A stretch of 64,000 nt of DNA, taken from Bilabrum cf. latius (taxonomy: Eukaryota). Where the stretch lies: NCBI GenBank assembly GCA_965178125.1, contig OZ237736.1, positions 1,364,001-1,428,000 on the forward strand. The letters run 5' to 3'. The stretch's first letter is position 1. Each line of letters begins with the position of its first letter. Under the pieces are notes generated by a model, which saw only the letters and a list, made by a program, of their open reading frames with translations, did not search any database and was not told the origin of the DNA. This document shows positions 1 through 9,312 of this stretch, one piece after another. A program made the translations under genes and the position numbers.

Positions 1-553
1 GGTCAACACCCCGGGGGACCAGGCCCTCCTGGCGTGCGACGTCGCGTGCCCGCTGCCCGGGTGCAGGCCCAAGCACAACCAGCTGCGGCTCAGCGACCTC
101 ACCGGCATCACGGCAGTGGAGCCATCGTCGGGCCTCGAGATCACCGCGCCCTCGGGGGCCGCCGGCGTGCAGTTCGCCGTCACCTTCACTGCCAACGCCA
201 ACCTCGCGTCCGGGTACTCGTTTGAGGTCGTCCGATCGGCGCTCGCGGCGGACGGGACTGCCAGCAGTCCCGCATCTCTCATAACCGCTCCCGTGCCGCT
301 CAACGGAAAGGAAATCACGGTGGCGAACGGATTCAGGTTCAAGATCGATTCGACTGCCATCGCCGGTGCGGGCACGGAGACGTTGCAGTTCTACCCAGCA
401 ACATGCTCGGTTGCGGTTACTCAGCGCGCTGGGCAGAGCTTTGAAAGCGCAGAATGCTCCAACAGGGGCCTATGTGATCGCTCCAGCGGCCTTTGCGACT
501 GCTTCGAGGGGTACGCAGGCTCTGCATGCTCCGACGAGATCGTGTCTGTGTAA
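1..553 (+). CDS. 3' part of an EGF-like-domain protein resembling the stramenopile tubular mastigoneme (Sig/Ocm1-type) family; 5' end lies outside the window
   Basis: C-terminal ECSNRGLCDRSSGLCDCFEGYAGSACS followed by a short tail. Ends at TAA 551-553. Confidence 0.65.
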   Translation, partial: VNTPGDQALLACDVACPLPGCRPKHNQLRLSDLTGITAVEPSSGLEITAPSGAAGVQFAVTFTANANLASGYSFEVVRSALAADGTASSPASLITAPVPLNGKEITVANGFRFKIDSTAIAGAGTETLQFYPATCSVAVTQRAGQSFESAECSNRGLCDRSSGLCDCFEGYAGSACSDEIVSV

Positions 554-743
554 GGCATCGCGATCCAGGGTCGACCGACAGTCTAGGCTTGCCTGAAAAG
601 TTGTTTAATATCAACCACTAACAAACTGAATCAGATACTTGTGCTCCACTTATGGTATAACTGCGAATATAACACAACTTGAGTTGCTTTATGTGTGCGA
701 CTCGGAGTGCCCTCAAATGCCCAGTCACACTCCGTTCCTGGGC

Positions 744-2638
744 ATGGATGCGAAGAATGCCTAGCTGGCATCGTCACTTGTAAAGTCTACATACATTGAG
801 CAGGGAATGGCAAACGTGGTCCGATTGAATCAGAGGCTAAAGGAACTGTTGTCACAATAGCGGCTTCCACCGGAGGGCTGGAGTAGCGATGACGTCGAAA
901 CTTTGTTGCGGCAATTAGGTACGATGGACTCAAATAGTTTTCAAGGCAGTGTCGGCGCAGGGGAGCGTGAAGGCAGAGTTGCGTGCGAACTTGTCCACCG
1001 TCGACATTTCGGCATGGCTCACGGAATTGGACGTTCTGGTGACATTGCCGCCGTGCAACCAAAGGCGGCAGGGTCTTCCATACTGAATATGCTTGTGCAC
1101 AAGCTTGCGCTGTAGGTAGTTAAGATTGCTGGCGTGACGCGGGCAAAGTCGTGCCTGGTGTTGCCAACTGCAACTGGGATGACCTTAACTCTTTGTCTGC
1201 TGGCGTTGCGAGCCTCTCGGCCCAAGGGCCGGTTCGTAATATGGCCAAGAATTGATCAGAAGGCTTGTTTCAAAAGCATTTGCACGAGTGGAGCCGAGCC
1301 CATCATCATTTAGGCGGCAGCTCGTGGGGTGGGTGGTGCTGGCGCCGCTGCTGCTGGAGCAACGCCGGCGCGGGGCTCTGAAGATGAGCTGCGCACGGAC
1401 CTTGAGGCAATTAAAAGAGCTATCGCCGAGCACGGGGCCGATAACATCCTATGCGTGATGAGCACGAGCAGCTGCTTTGCTCCGCGCAGCCACGATGACC
1501 TGCAGGGCATCGCGCGGATCTGCGCCAAGGCGAGCGTCCCGCACATCATCAACAATGCGTACGGCCTGCAGGCTGGCCGCATTACGCACGTCATCAATGA
1601 AGCCTGCCGAGTCGGTCGAGTGGACGCCTTCGTGAGCTCAACGGACAAAAACCTCATGACCCCGGTGGGGGGGGCCATCGTGAGCAGCCCGAGCAAGGCC
1701 TTCATCGAGAGCGTCTCCACGACGTACCCAGGGCGCGCATCGGCGGCTCCTCTGGTGGACGTATTTGCCACCTTGTTGAACCTCGTGAGTGTCTCCGACG
1801 CTTTTCCGCACCGTGAACACCCTGCAAGCTCTCCCTCCGTCGCCCAGGTGCCTATACCATTACTATTGTTATTTTTCTTTCAATAATTGTGTATCCGCGA
1901 TCACGCGCGCAGGGTGCCAACGGCTACAAGAAGCTGCTGGCCGAACGCAAGGCCGCCTTCAAGCATCTCAGGGAACAGATGGAGGCGTGGGCCAGCAGGC
2001 ACGGCGAGCGAGTCCTGGACACCCCCGGCAACCCTATCTCCATCGCAACCACGCTCTCTGCCATCGTGGAGCGGTCGGGGGGCAAGAGCGCGACCATGTT
2101 CGGCGCCATGCTGTTCCAGAGAGGCGTGTCGGGGGCCAGGGTGGTGTCACCGGGGGCCCGCAAGGAGATCGCGGGGCACGTCTTCGAGCACTGGGGCTCC
2201 CAGCAGGTCGGCTTTGAGGTGCCCTACTTCACCGTGGCGGCCGGCATGGGCTCCACGGTCGAGGAGATCCCGGTGCTGATCGCAAGGCTGGACAAGACTG
2301 TCAAGGCGTTCTGCGGGAAGGCTTCGGGGGCTGGGAAAGAGGAAGAGGGGAACGAGGGGGCAGCAGGAGGGGAGCTGGGATTGGAGGGTTCTGGAGCAGG
2401 CGGGAGTGAACCTGCCGAAGGAGGTTAGCCGCCACATGTGCCAGCGCGTGGCTCCGAGGAGGGAAGGAAGGCGGACCTGCGCGGTGCAGCTGCAGCGGGT
2501 GGAGCGGAAGATGCTACTGCAGGCCCCGAGGGGCATTTTGGGCAGGCGGGGGGGCAGGCTGCCGGCACTGGCACCTCCGGGACATTCAGCTCCGCGTCGG
2601 AGCGGAGCAGCGGTGCCGCCAGTGGGGCGGGTTCCTGA
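744..2638 (+). CDS. SEPSECS: O-phosphoseryl-tRNA(Sec) selenium transferase (SepSecS); exons 744-1784 and 1913-2638; in-frame TAG read as sense
   Basis: Motifs [65 protein letters not shown] and YPGRAS. In-frame TAG at 762, 858, 1113, 1311 and 2426. GT-AG intron 1785-1912. Ends at TGA. Confidence 0.95.
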
Positions 2639-2791
2639 AGGCATCAAGCGTGGGCACCAGTTCTACTAACCCCTAGCGTGTATTTGTGCTTCCTTTGATG
2701 TGATTTCTGCTGCGGACTTGCCGTCTGATCGACGTTTGGAGGAGTGCTATGGGATCCCGTATGGCAGATACACAAGTCTTTGCAACTTCGC

Positions 2792-3362
2792 TTAACGCCG
2801 CCCCCTTCCGCGCCCACGACCCCTACCTCGCCCACGCCCTCTTCCTCTACCTCTTGCTGCTCCGGCTCGTGCACGAGGCGGGTTCTGGTTTTGACTGTCA
2901 TCTACAAGCAATGTGTCCAAGTTCAGAGAATCTGGCAGCAGGACGCACCTAACGTTGTTGCCGCGGATACTAATGGACTCGAGGGAAACTGGATCACGGC
3001 CCTTGACTATCATCTTCACTTTCTTCATGTGCATATTCATCTTCATATCAACACCTGCAGATGCGAAACAGTAGCGAAACATCGTGCAAAAAGAGGATGG
3101 GAGATTGCAGTCCTGTGGCGAAACAGCGCGCCATCAACCGGGGAAACTCACCGCCAACTGTTCCATGTACTGTGGTTCCATTTTTCAATTCAACCGTGAC
3201 CGTCTCTTTGGATAACTTCATCAAAAACCTGCGACAATGCAAAAGAGAGGCTAGCCCGTGCTGGCCTGCATATCATCAAACTTGCAAACAACGGCAAAAT
3301 TTGGGCTGTAAACTTTGTTGCTACAATAGAATAGTGCTAGAATCTCACCGAACTAGCTTCAT
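2792..3362 (-). CDS. SNRPD1: Small nuclear ribonucleoprotein Sm D1, 3 exons
   Basis: [23 protein letters not shown]..|[25 protein letters not shown] plus an RG-repeat tail. Two GT-AG introns (about 3229-3348 and 3055-3151). Ends at TAA. Confidence 0.95.
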
Positions 3363-3527
3363 GGCTGCCTGGGGTCGCAGTATTGGCAAAGCTTACATTT
3401 GACGGAACCAGCGGCAATCGCCGCGCAATGTCTTATTTATCCCGGAATCAAAACTAAACTGTACGCTTCATTTGACACGTCGCGATAGGTCGCACCACGT
3501 TGCATCTTGACAAATATTGTCAAAACC

Positions 3528-6500
3528 ATGGCTCCCTTTCGTGGGGCAACAGCCCAGGGGGTTGTATTTGCCGCTGCATTCGCAGCTGTCTCATTTGGAA
3601 CAGCTTCAGGCGCCAAAGCAAAGAGCGGCAAGCCTGGCGTCGAGCTGCACAAAGCCCTGCGCGCGGTCGCAAGGGCCGGCGCAACTGCGCTCAATGAAAA
3701 TGTGCCGCCGAACGGATGGGACGACGATAAGGAATCTGCACGATTTAAGACATCAGGTTTGGCGGTAGACCTCGGTGCTTCGTTCGGTCCTGGACTGCAG
3801 AGGCACATGAAGAAGATGGGCATGAAGAGCTACGCTGTCGCTCAAGCAGGCGACCCATTCGATGACGACAGGCCCCGCCTCCTTACATCAGAGTCAGCAT
3901 GGAAGAATACCGCAAGGACTGCCGGGCGAAAGTTGCTCCAGGACGACCTCCTGGACGGAAAGGTTCCGCTGTCCAGCGCGGATCTTGTTGCGAGCGTCGG
4001 TTGGGGGCATCTCGTTGACGACGGCTCATGGACAGCAGCAATGGGGGTGTACGAGGCATTGAAGCCTGGTGTTCTCGTGATTTCCAGCTCTGCCCCCGGC
4101 GAGGCCGAGTGCCTGTCGTGCTGGGGCGCCCCGAACTCCAGGCGCTGCCGCGAGGTGATGGACACGCTCGGCGCGCAGCGCTTGAGCTCCGGGACGAACC
4201 TGTCCCTCCCCTCTCCGCTGCAGGGCGAGCGCTATCCCTTGCAGTGGATCGACGGCCTGTTCCAGGAGAACCTGGAGCTGAGCCTGCAGTGGACAGCCGC
4301 CCTCAAGGACAACCTCATCGGGCGGGCCGTCCTGCTGGGCGAGAAGCTGCCGGAGTTTAAGGGCCTCTACAAGAGAAACGCGAAGGGCAACGAGGACGTA
4401 GACCTCTCCGCTGGCGTCCCCGGCCGCATCACCGACGCGCCACCCACGGACACCGCAGAGCAGTCAGACGCTGAGCTGGAGGGCTTCACCGGGGGCCTGC
4501 CGGAGGGCTTGCCTGCGGAGGAGATCACTGCCGAGGACCGAGCCAGGATCTTTATGTCGGCGAGCAGGGTGGCCGAGTGGCTGAAGCTCGTGTATCTGGC
4601 GAAGAACGCGCTGGTGCTGCGTAGGTTCGACCCATCCGAGACCGTGGACGCTCAGTTCGCGCTGGACGAGAGCTTCGGTTTCTCGTCGGAGATGTTGCAC
4701 TGGTTCCAGCCCGAGGTGTTCGCCAGGCAGATCGCCAGGGCCGGTGCGATCCTCCGAGTGAACGACACCATCACGCTGGGCGACGAGCAACGCGCGGCTC
4801 GCCTGGCCAAGGCAAGGAGGAAAGAGGAGCTGGAGGAGGCGCTGGAGAACCAGGAGGAAGATGGGCTCGACTCGGTGGAGGCGACGATCGAGGGGGAGAT
4901 CAGGGGGCTGGAGGAGGAAGAGCAGGAGCTCCCGCCCGCCACCGTGTGGTCTGCGGAGCACGCGAGGCAGTTCGAGACCACCAGCCGCCGCATCGCCCGT
5001 CGCTGGGTTCTCGAAGAGGCCCGCTCCTATCGCTCCCTGGTGCGCGTGCAGCTGGAGAAGCTCTTGGACAAGGTCAAGTTCGTGCAGAAGGCGCTGGAGC
5101 ACGCCTACCCGCACACGATCGAGGACCCCGAGTCGGAGCCGAGCCAGCTGCGCGACCAGCTGCAGAGCGTCCCCGAGATGCTGGACGGCATGATGCGCCA
5201 GCTCAAGGACGAGAGGTCCAGGCTATCCAGGCTCGTCAACCAGGCGCACCGCGGGGTGGTGGGGCTAGAGGAGGAGGAAAAGCTTGCCAAAGAGAACGAG
5301 GAGCGCGCCAAGGAGCAGGAGGAGGCGGAGAAGGAGAAGTCCGCCGCGGTGAAGGCTCGGATGCAAGGCAAGCGCCCACCCCAGGAGGAGGCATCCATGC
5401 CCGGGTCCACCGTGGACATCCCTTCCGACTCTCCAAGCGATCCCAGCAAGGCAACTCTCGATCCGGACGGGGGGCAGACCGGAGGCAAGGCCATCAAGAC
5501 GCTTGGAAGACAGGGCAAGGCGAGCCAGGCCTCCGCAGCGGGCGATGCCAGTGACGACGATGAAGAGGACGACGAAGACGGTGATGACACCCAGGCGGAT
5601 CGGGTGCCCATGGACATTGTGGCGGAGATTGAGACCAAGCTGGCAGACGTGGTGGACCCGACCAAGACGCTTGAGGCGAGGATTCCCAGCTCGTCCGAGC
5701 TGGCCAGGGCCTTCGCAAGCGGAGACATGCTGTCAGTGCACCACCTGCTGCTCGTGGGCATCATCTCGTTGGAGAGGAACGAGGCGGGCTGGCTCGGTGC
5801 GAGCATCCAGGCGAGTGACACCAAGGGCCAAGAGGCAGTGCAGGCCAGGCTCAAGCAGCTGAGAAGGTTCGCGGGAGACGCACTGCACTACCTGTCCCAA
5901 CCCAACATGACCATCGGCCACCTCGCTCTCGCCGACCCCTGGACCCGCGCGGCGCCTACGCTGGTGCGCCTGATGCGGGTCACGAGCGGGTCCGTGCAGC
6001 AGGGCCTGTACGACGCGGCTGGAAGCGCCAGAGCGGTGAGCGACCTGAGCGGCGAGCCGACTGCCGTGGCCCAACTCCTGCTCATCTACTCCATGTACAA
6101 CGATGCCAGGGTAAACGCCGAGCAGCTGTGGCCCCAGCGCGCCGGGCTTGCGGACGCTTGGGCTCACACCCAGGTCGCTCTGGCCTCAAGCGGAGCCATG
6201 GCGCACCCGACCTTTTCCCGCAGGCTGCGCGAGACCATCTCCGAGGTGATCGCACTGAGACCGAGGTGGGCCAACGATCGCACGCAGGCAGTGCTCAACA
6301 CGCTGCGCACGAAGGCGTCTTCGCAGAGCAAGACGCTGCTCAAAAAGCTCAAGGAGGTCGCACAGGAGCTGGACCCCCGCGCGGTGGTGACCGTGGTCAA
6401 GCAGTTCGTCAAGGACGCGAGCAAGCTGGGCGCGGACGGCATGGACATCCTCTCCAAGCTGGACAGGGCAAAGGACCTGGCCAAGAGCGTGGTGCTCGAC

Positions 6501-8921
6501 GTGACCGAGAGGGCCAGCCCGCCCCGAGTGCTTGGGTTCGTGGACAGGAAAGGCGAGATCGCCCTCTCAAAGCACGTCCCCATGCATCGGCAGGACAACC
6601 CGCTGAGCGCCGGGCTCGTGCAGTCCACCCGCCCGTGGCTGCCCGCATTCGCACATCGCCACGAGCCTCACTTTTTGATGCCGTACGCCTTCCCGGCTGC
6701 CGAGCGGTTCATGCGCCGGTCCTTCGCGGGTCACCTTATGTCTCTGCCTAACCTGGACGGAGTCACAAACGTGTACGACACTGAGTGGGGCTCTGCCTCC
6801 TCGGGCAGCGAGGGCAGGAAGCTCCTCGTGATCTCATCGCAATGGAAGCCGCTGCACTCGGTGCACCGCAACTTCGCTCCCATGGTTGGAGCCGTGCTGG
6901 GCAGAGAGCCGGCGCCGTGGGGCGAGAAGCGCCGACTGGGCGAGGCCAAGAAGAGTGCGGGAGCTGCAGACAGCGTGTTTGACAGCGCCACGCTGCTTTT
7001 CCTCGAGTCGCAGCAGCTGTCGCTCGCCGATGCCGATCCGACGCTCTTCAACCACGCCCGGGCAGTGCCTGCGAACGCAACCGCGCACGACCTCGTCGAA
7101 GCTATCCAGTGGGCCAGGGCCCAGGGCTTCGACGCCGTCTTCTATCCGCAGGTCGGCATGCACGCCTACGACTACCTGCTGGCAGTGCACCGCATCGCCC
7201 CTGTGCAGATCGCGACGTACGGGCACAGCACGACCACGGATATGCCAGAGATCGACTTTTTCATCGGCTCGCTGGAGGGCGAGCTGGGCACGGCCCTGCT
7301 GTGCGGCCTCAAGGGGGGCAAGGCCGTCATGGGGCAGGACAAGTGCGGGACGGCGTTCCAGGCCGTGTCCGTGAACCCCTCGCAGGAGGACAAGGTGCAC
7401 CAGATCGAGATCACGCCCAACGCGACGAGGTACGTGGTGATCCCTCACCACTACAAGTCCGAGTCGGATGAGGTGCAGCAGCAGCTGGGCGTGGCGCTCG
7501 GGCCGCTGCGCAAGACCAAGGAGACGCAGAGGCTGGCCGAGGCTTCCGGAGTGGAGCAACACGGCGTTCGGCTCGGCCTGGTGATGGCCAAGGCGGGCGA
7601 GTCTGTGCTCAAGGAGGCCGCCCTCGACCCGATGGTGGATCCCAAGCGCCCCGTGTACGTGGGACAGGTGGACGAGGTTCGGACCGTCCTGGATGCTGCG
7701 GGCCAGAGCCCCAAGGGAGAGAAGGCGCTGGCCAAGTCGATCATCGAACAGAAGTACAGGCAGGAGAGGAACATCAAGCGGGACAAGAGCGAGAGGCTGC
7801 AGCTGCTGGGCGTGGGAAGGGCCATCGTCAGCGCAGCGAACCGATTCAGCGAGCACCTCCTCCTTGTGGACGGGCTGGCAGCCGCGTTTGAGCCCGCCCC
7901 AGGTACCGTGGCCAACCGGCCTGCGGCTGACTACCGCCCCGCCTTTATGTCTGCCGGCAACTCATCCAGCGATGCGTCAGGCACATGGGACGGCTCGTTC
8001 CGGCACAGGCAGCAGCCCCGCCTCCCGTCCGAGCAGGGTGGCGTGATGCTGGCAGGCGGGTCAAGGGGCGACCACGACGTGCTGGGCGACCTGCTGGACG
8101 GGGCCACGGACGTTGCCCCACGCCCCGAGGCGCACACGCTGTCCGAGGCGGCCATGTATGCCGGTGCTCCTGCTGACAGGTGCGTAATCGTTGCGCTCGC
8201 GTGGACAGCGGTGAAGATGAACGCGGACCACCTGGCCATGATCGGGGACGCGATGCGAATGGCGACTGACCTGCGCAACGCCTCGACCAGTTCGCCTTGC
8301 ACCATCCTTCGCGTGTTCCCTGGACTGCGCAAGGAGCGTCAGCTAGAGATCCGCTCTCTCGCGTTTGACATCGCCTCGGGGATTGGGCTCTCCTCCATCC
8401 CCGGCCTCAAGCTGGAGATCGTGCCGGGCATGGACTACGGCAGGTACAGGCTCAAGCTGCAGGAGTCTGCCTTCGCCATCGATTCCTACCCCTTCACTGG
8501 CTGCAACTCGATGCACGACCTGCTCTACTCTGGTGTCCCGGCTGTGTCGCTAGAGGGCAAGGCCTGGAGGTCCAAGATCGGCCCGGCCCTCCTCGCGCGC
8601 GCCGGTCTGGGCTACCTCGTCACACAGGACGTGGACCAGTTCCGGCAGACCATCGTCAGCTTGCTGCTCAGCAGCGACATGCGTGCTCGTGTCAGGGGCG
8701 ACCTGGCGGCGGCTGACCTCGACGCGAGGCTGGCGCCGACTGCCGCTGACGTCGGCCAGTGGCGTGCCGCCTTCCAGCTCGCCCTGCAGCGCAGCGATGC
8801 CAGCCGCATGAACGGCGCCCCGTCTCACAACGCGGCGTACTACGAGCACTACACGGTTGAGCTCTCGGATGAGGGCGACCTGCAGGACGGGCCTGCTCCT
8901 GCGGATAGCATGGAGGACTGA
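3528..8921 (+). CDS. Large GT41-family (HMW1C/OGT-like) protein glycosyltransferase with hydrophobic N-terminus and coiled-coil region
   Basis: GT41-like catalytic motifs HSVHRNF, FYPQVGM..RIAPVQIATYGHSTTT..IDFF and IDSYPFTGCNSMHDLL..GVPAVSLEG. Uninterrupted ORF of about 1800 codons ending at TGA. Confidence 0.8.
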   Translation: MAPFRGATAQGVVFAAAFAAVSFGTASGAKAKSGKPGVELHKALRAVARAGATALNENVPPNGWDDDKESARFKTSGLAVDLGASFGPGLQRHMKKMGMKSYAVAQAGDPFDDDRPRLLTSESAWKNTARTAGRKLLQDDLLDGKVPLSSADLVASVGWGHLVDDGSWTAAMGVYEALKPGVLVISSSAPGEAECLSCWGAPNSRRCREVMDTLGAQRLSSGTNLSLPSPLQGERYPLQWIDGLFQENLELSLQWTAALKDNLIGRAVLLGEKLPEFKGLYKRNAKGNEDVDLSAGVPGRITDAPPTDTAEQSDAELEGFTGGLPEGLPAEEITAEDRARIFMSASRVAEWLKLVYLAKNALVLRRFDPSETVDAQFALDESFGFSSEMLHWFQPEVFARQIARAGAILRVNDTITLGDEQRAARLAKARRKEELEEALENQEEDGLDSVEATIEGEIRGLEEEEQELPPATVWSAEHARQFETTSRRIARRWVLEEARSYRSLVRVQLEKLLDKVKFVQKALEHAYPHTIEDPESEPSQLRDQLQSVPEMLDGMMRQLKDERSRLSRLVNQAHRGVVGLEEEEKLAKENEERAKEQEEAEKEKSAAVKARMQGKRPPQEEASMPGSTVDIPSDSPSDPSKATLDPDGGQTGGKAIKTLGRQGKASQASAAGDASDDDEEDDEDGDDTQADRVPMDIVAEIETKLADVVDPTKTLEARIPSSSELARAFASGDMLSVHHLLLVGIISLERNEAGWLGASIQASDTKGQEAVQARLKQLRRFAGDALHYLSQPNMTIGHLALADPWTRAAPTLVRLMRVTSGSVQQGLYDAAGSARAVSDLSGEPTAVAQLLLIYSMYNDARVNAEQLWPQRAGLADAWAHTQVALASSGAMAHPTFSRRLRETISEVIALRPRWANDRTQAVLNTLRTKASSQSKTLLKKLKEVAQELDPRAVVTVVKQFVKDASKLGADGMDILSKLDRAKDLAKSVVLDVTERASPPRVLGFVDRKGEIALSKHVPMHRQDNPLSAGLVQSTRPWLPAFAHRHEPHFLMPYAFPAAERFMRRSFAGHLMSLPNLDGVTNVYDTEWGSASSGSEGRKLLVISSQWKPLHSVHRNFAPMVGAVLGREPAPWGEKRRLGEAKKSAGAADSVFDSATLLFLESQQLSLADADPTLFNHARAVPANATAHDLVEAIQWARAQGFDAVFYPQVGMHAYDYLLAVHRIAPVQIATYGHSTTTDMPEIDFFIGSLEGELGTALLCGLKGGKAVMGQDKCGTAFQAVSVNPSQEDKVHQIEITPNATRYVVIPHHYKSESDEVQQQLGVALGPLRKTKETQRLAEASGVEQHGVRLGLVMAKAGESVLKEAALDPMVDPKRPVYVGQVDEVRTVLDAAGQSPKGEKALAKSIIEQKYRQERNIKRDKSERLQLLGVGRAIVSAANRFSEHLLLVDGLAAAFEPAPGTVANRPAADYRPAFMSAGNSSSDASGTWDGSFRHRQQPRLPSEQGGVMLAGGSRGDHDVLGDLLDGATDVAPRPEAHTLSEAAMYAGAPADRCVIVALAWTAVKMNADHLAMIGDAMRMATDLRNASTSSPCTILRVFPGLRKERQLEIRSLAFDIASGIGLSSIPGLKLEIVPGMDYGRYRLKLQESAFAIDSYPFTGCNSMHDLLYSGVPAVSLEGKAWRSKIGPALLARAGLGYLVTQDVDQFRQTIVSLLLSSDMRARVRGDLAAADLDARLAPTAADVGQWRAAFQLALQRSDASRMNGAPSHNAAYYEHYTVELSDEGDLQDGPAPADSMED

Positions 8922-9312
8922 GGTGCTTGCCATTGCGGAGGAATCAAGGTGCGGCGACTTCATTGTGAATCCTTGGATGGAAAGATTCGTGAGCTGCATT
9001 TGCTCGAATGCCCCACGCGCTTGCGTGCCTGGGGCTGTGGATTGCTTTCTTGTGAATACGGCGGTGTTGCTGGAGACTTGGAGCTGGGGTCGGCAGAGCA
9101 GCTGCGCGCTGCCTGTCGGTGCGGTGCTTCCCCGAGGTGAGCTCATGGTCATTATCTGCTCCTGGCGGATGCCAAGGTGCAGCTGAATGGTTGAAGCAAA
9201 TATCAGCACTCACTGACCATAGTCTCCAGTAGTTGCACAATCATCGCTCCATTTGTGTCAATGTATCCACTGCATCCGCAACTACATAGGCCCCGTTGAC
9301 GCTCTAGACTAG

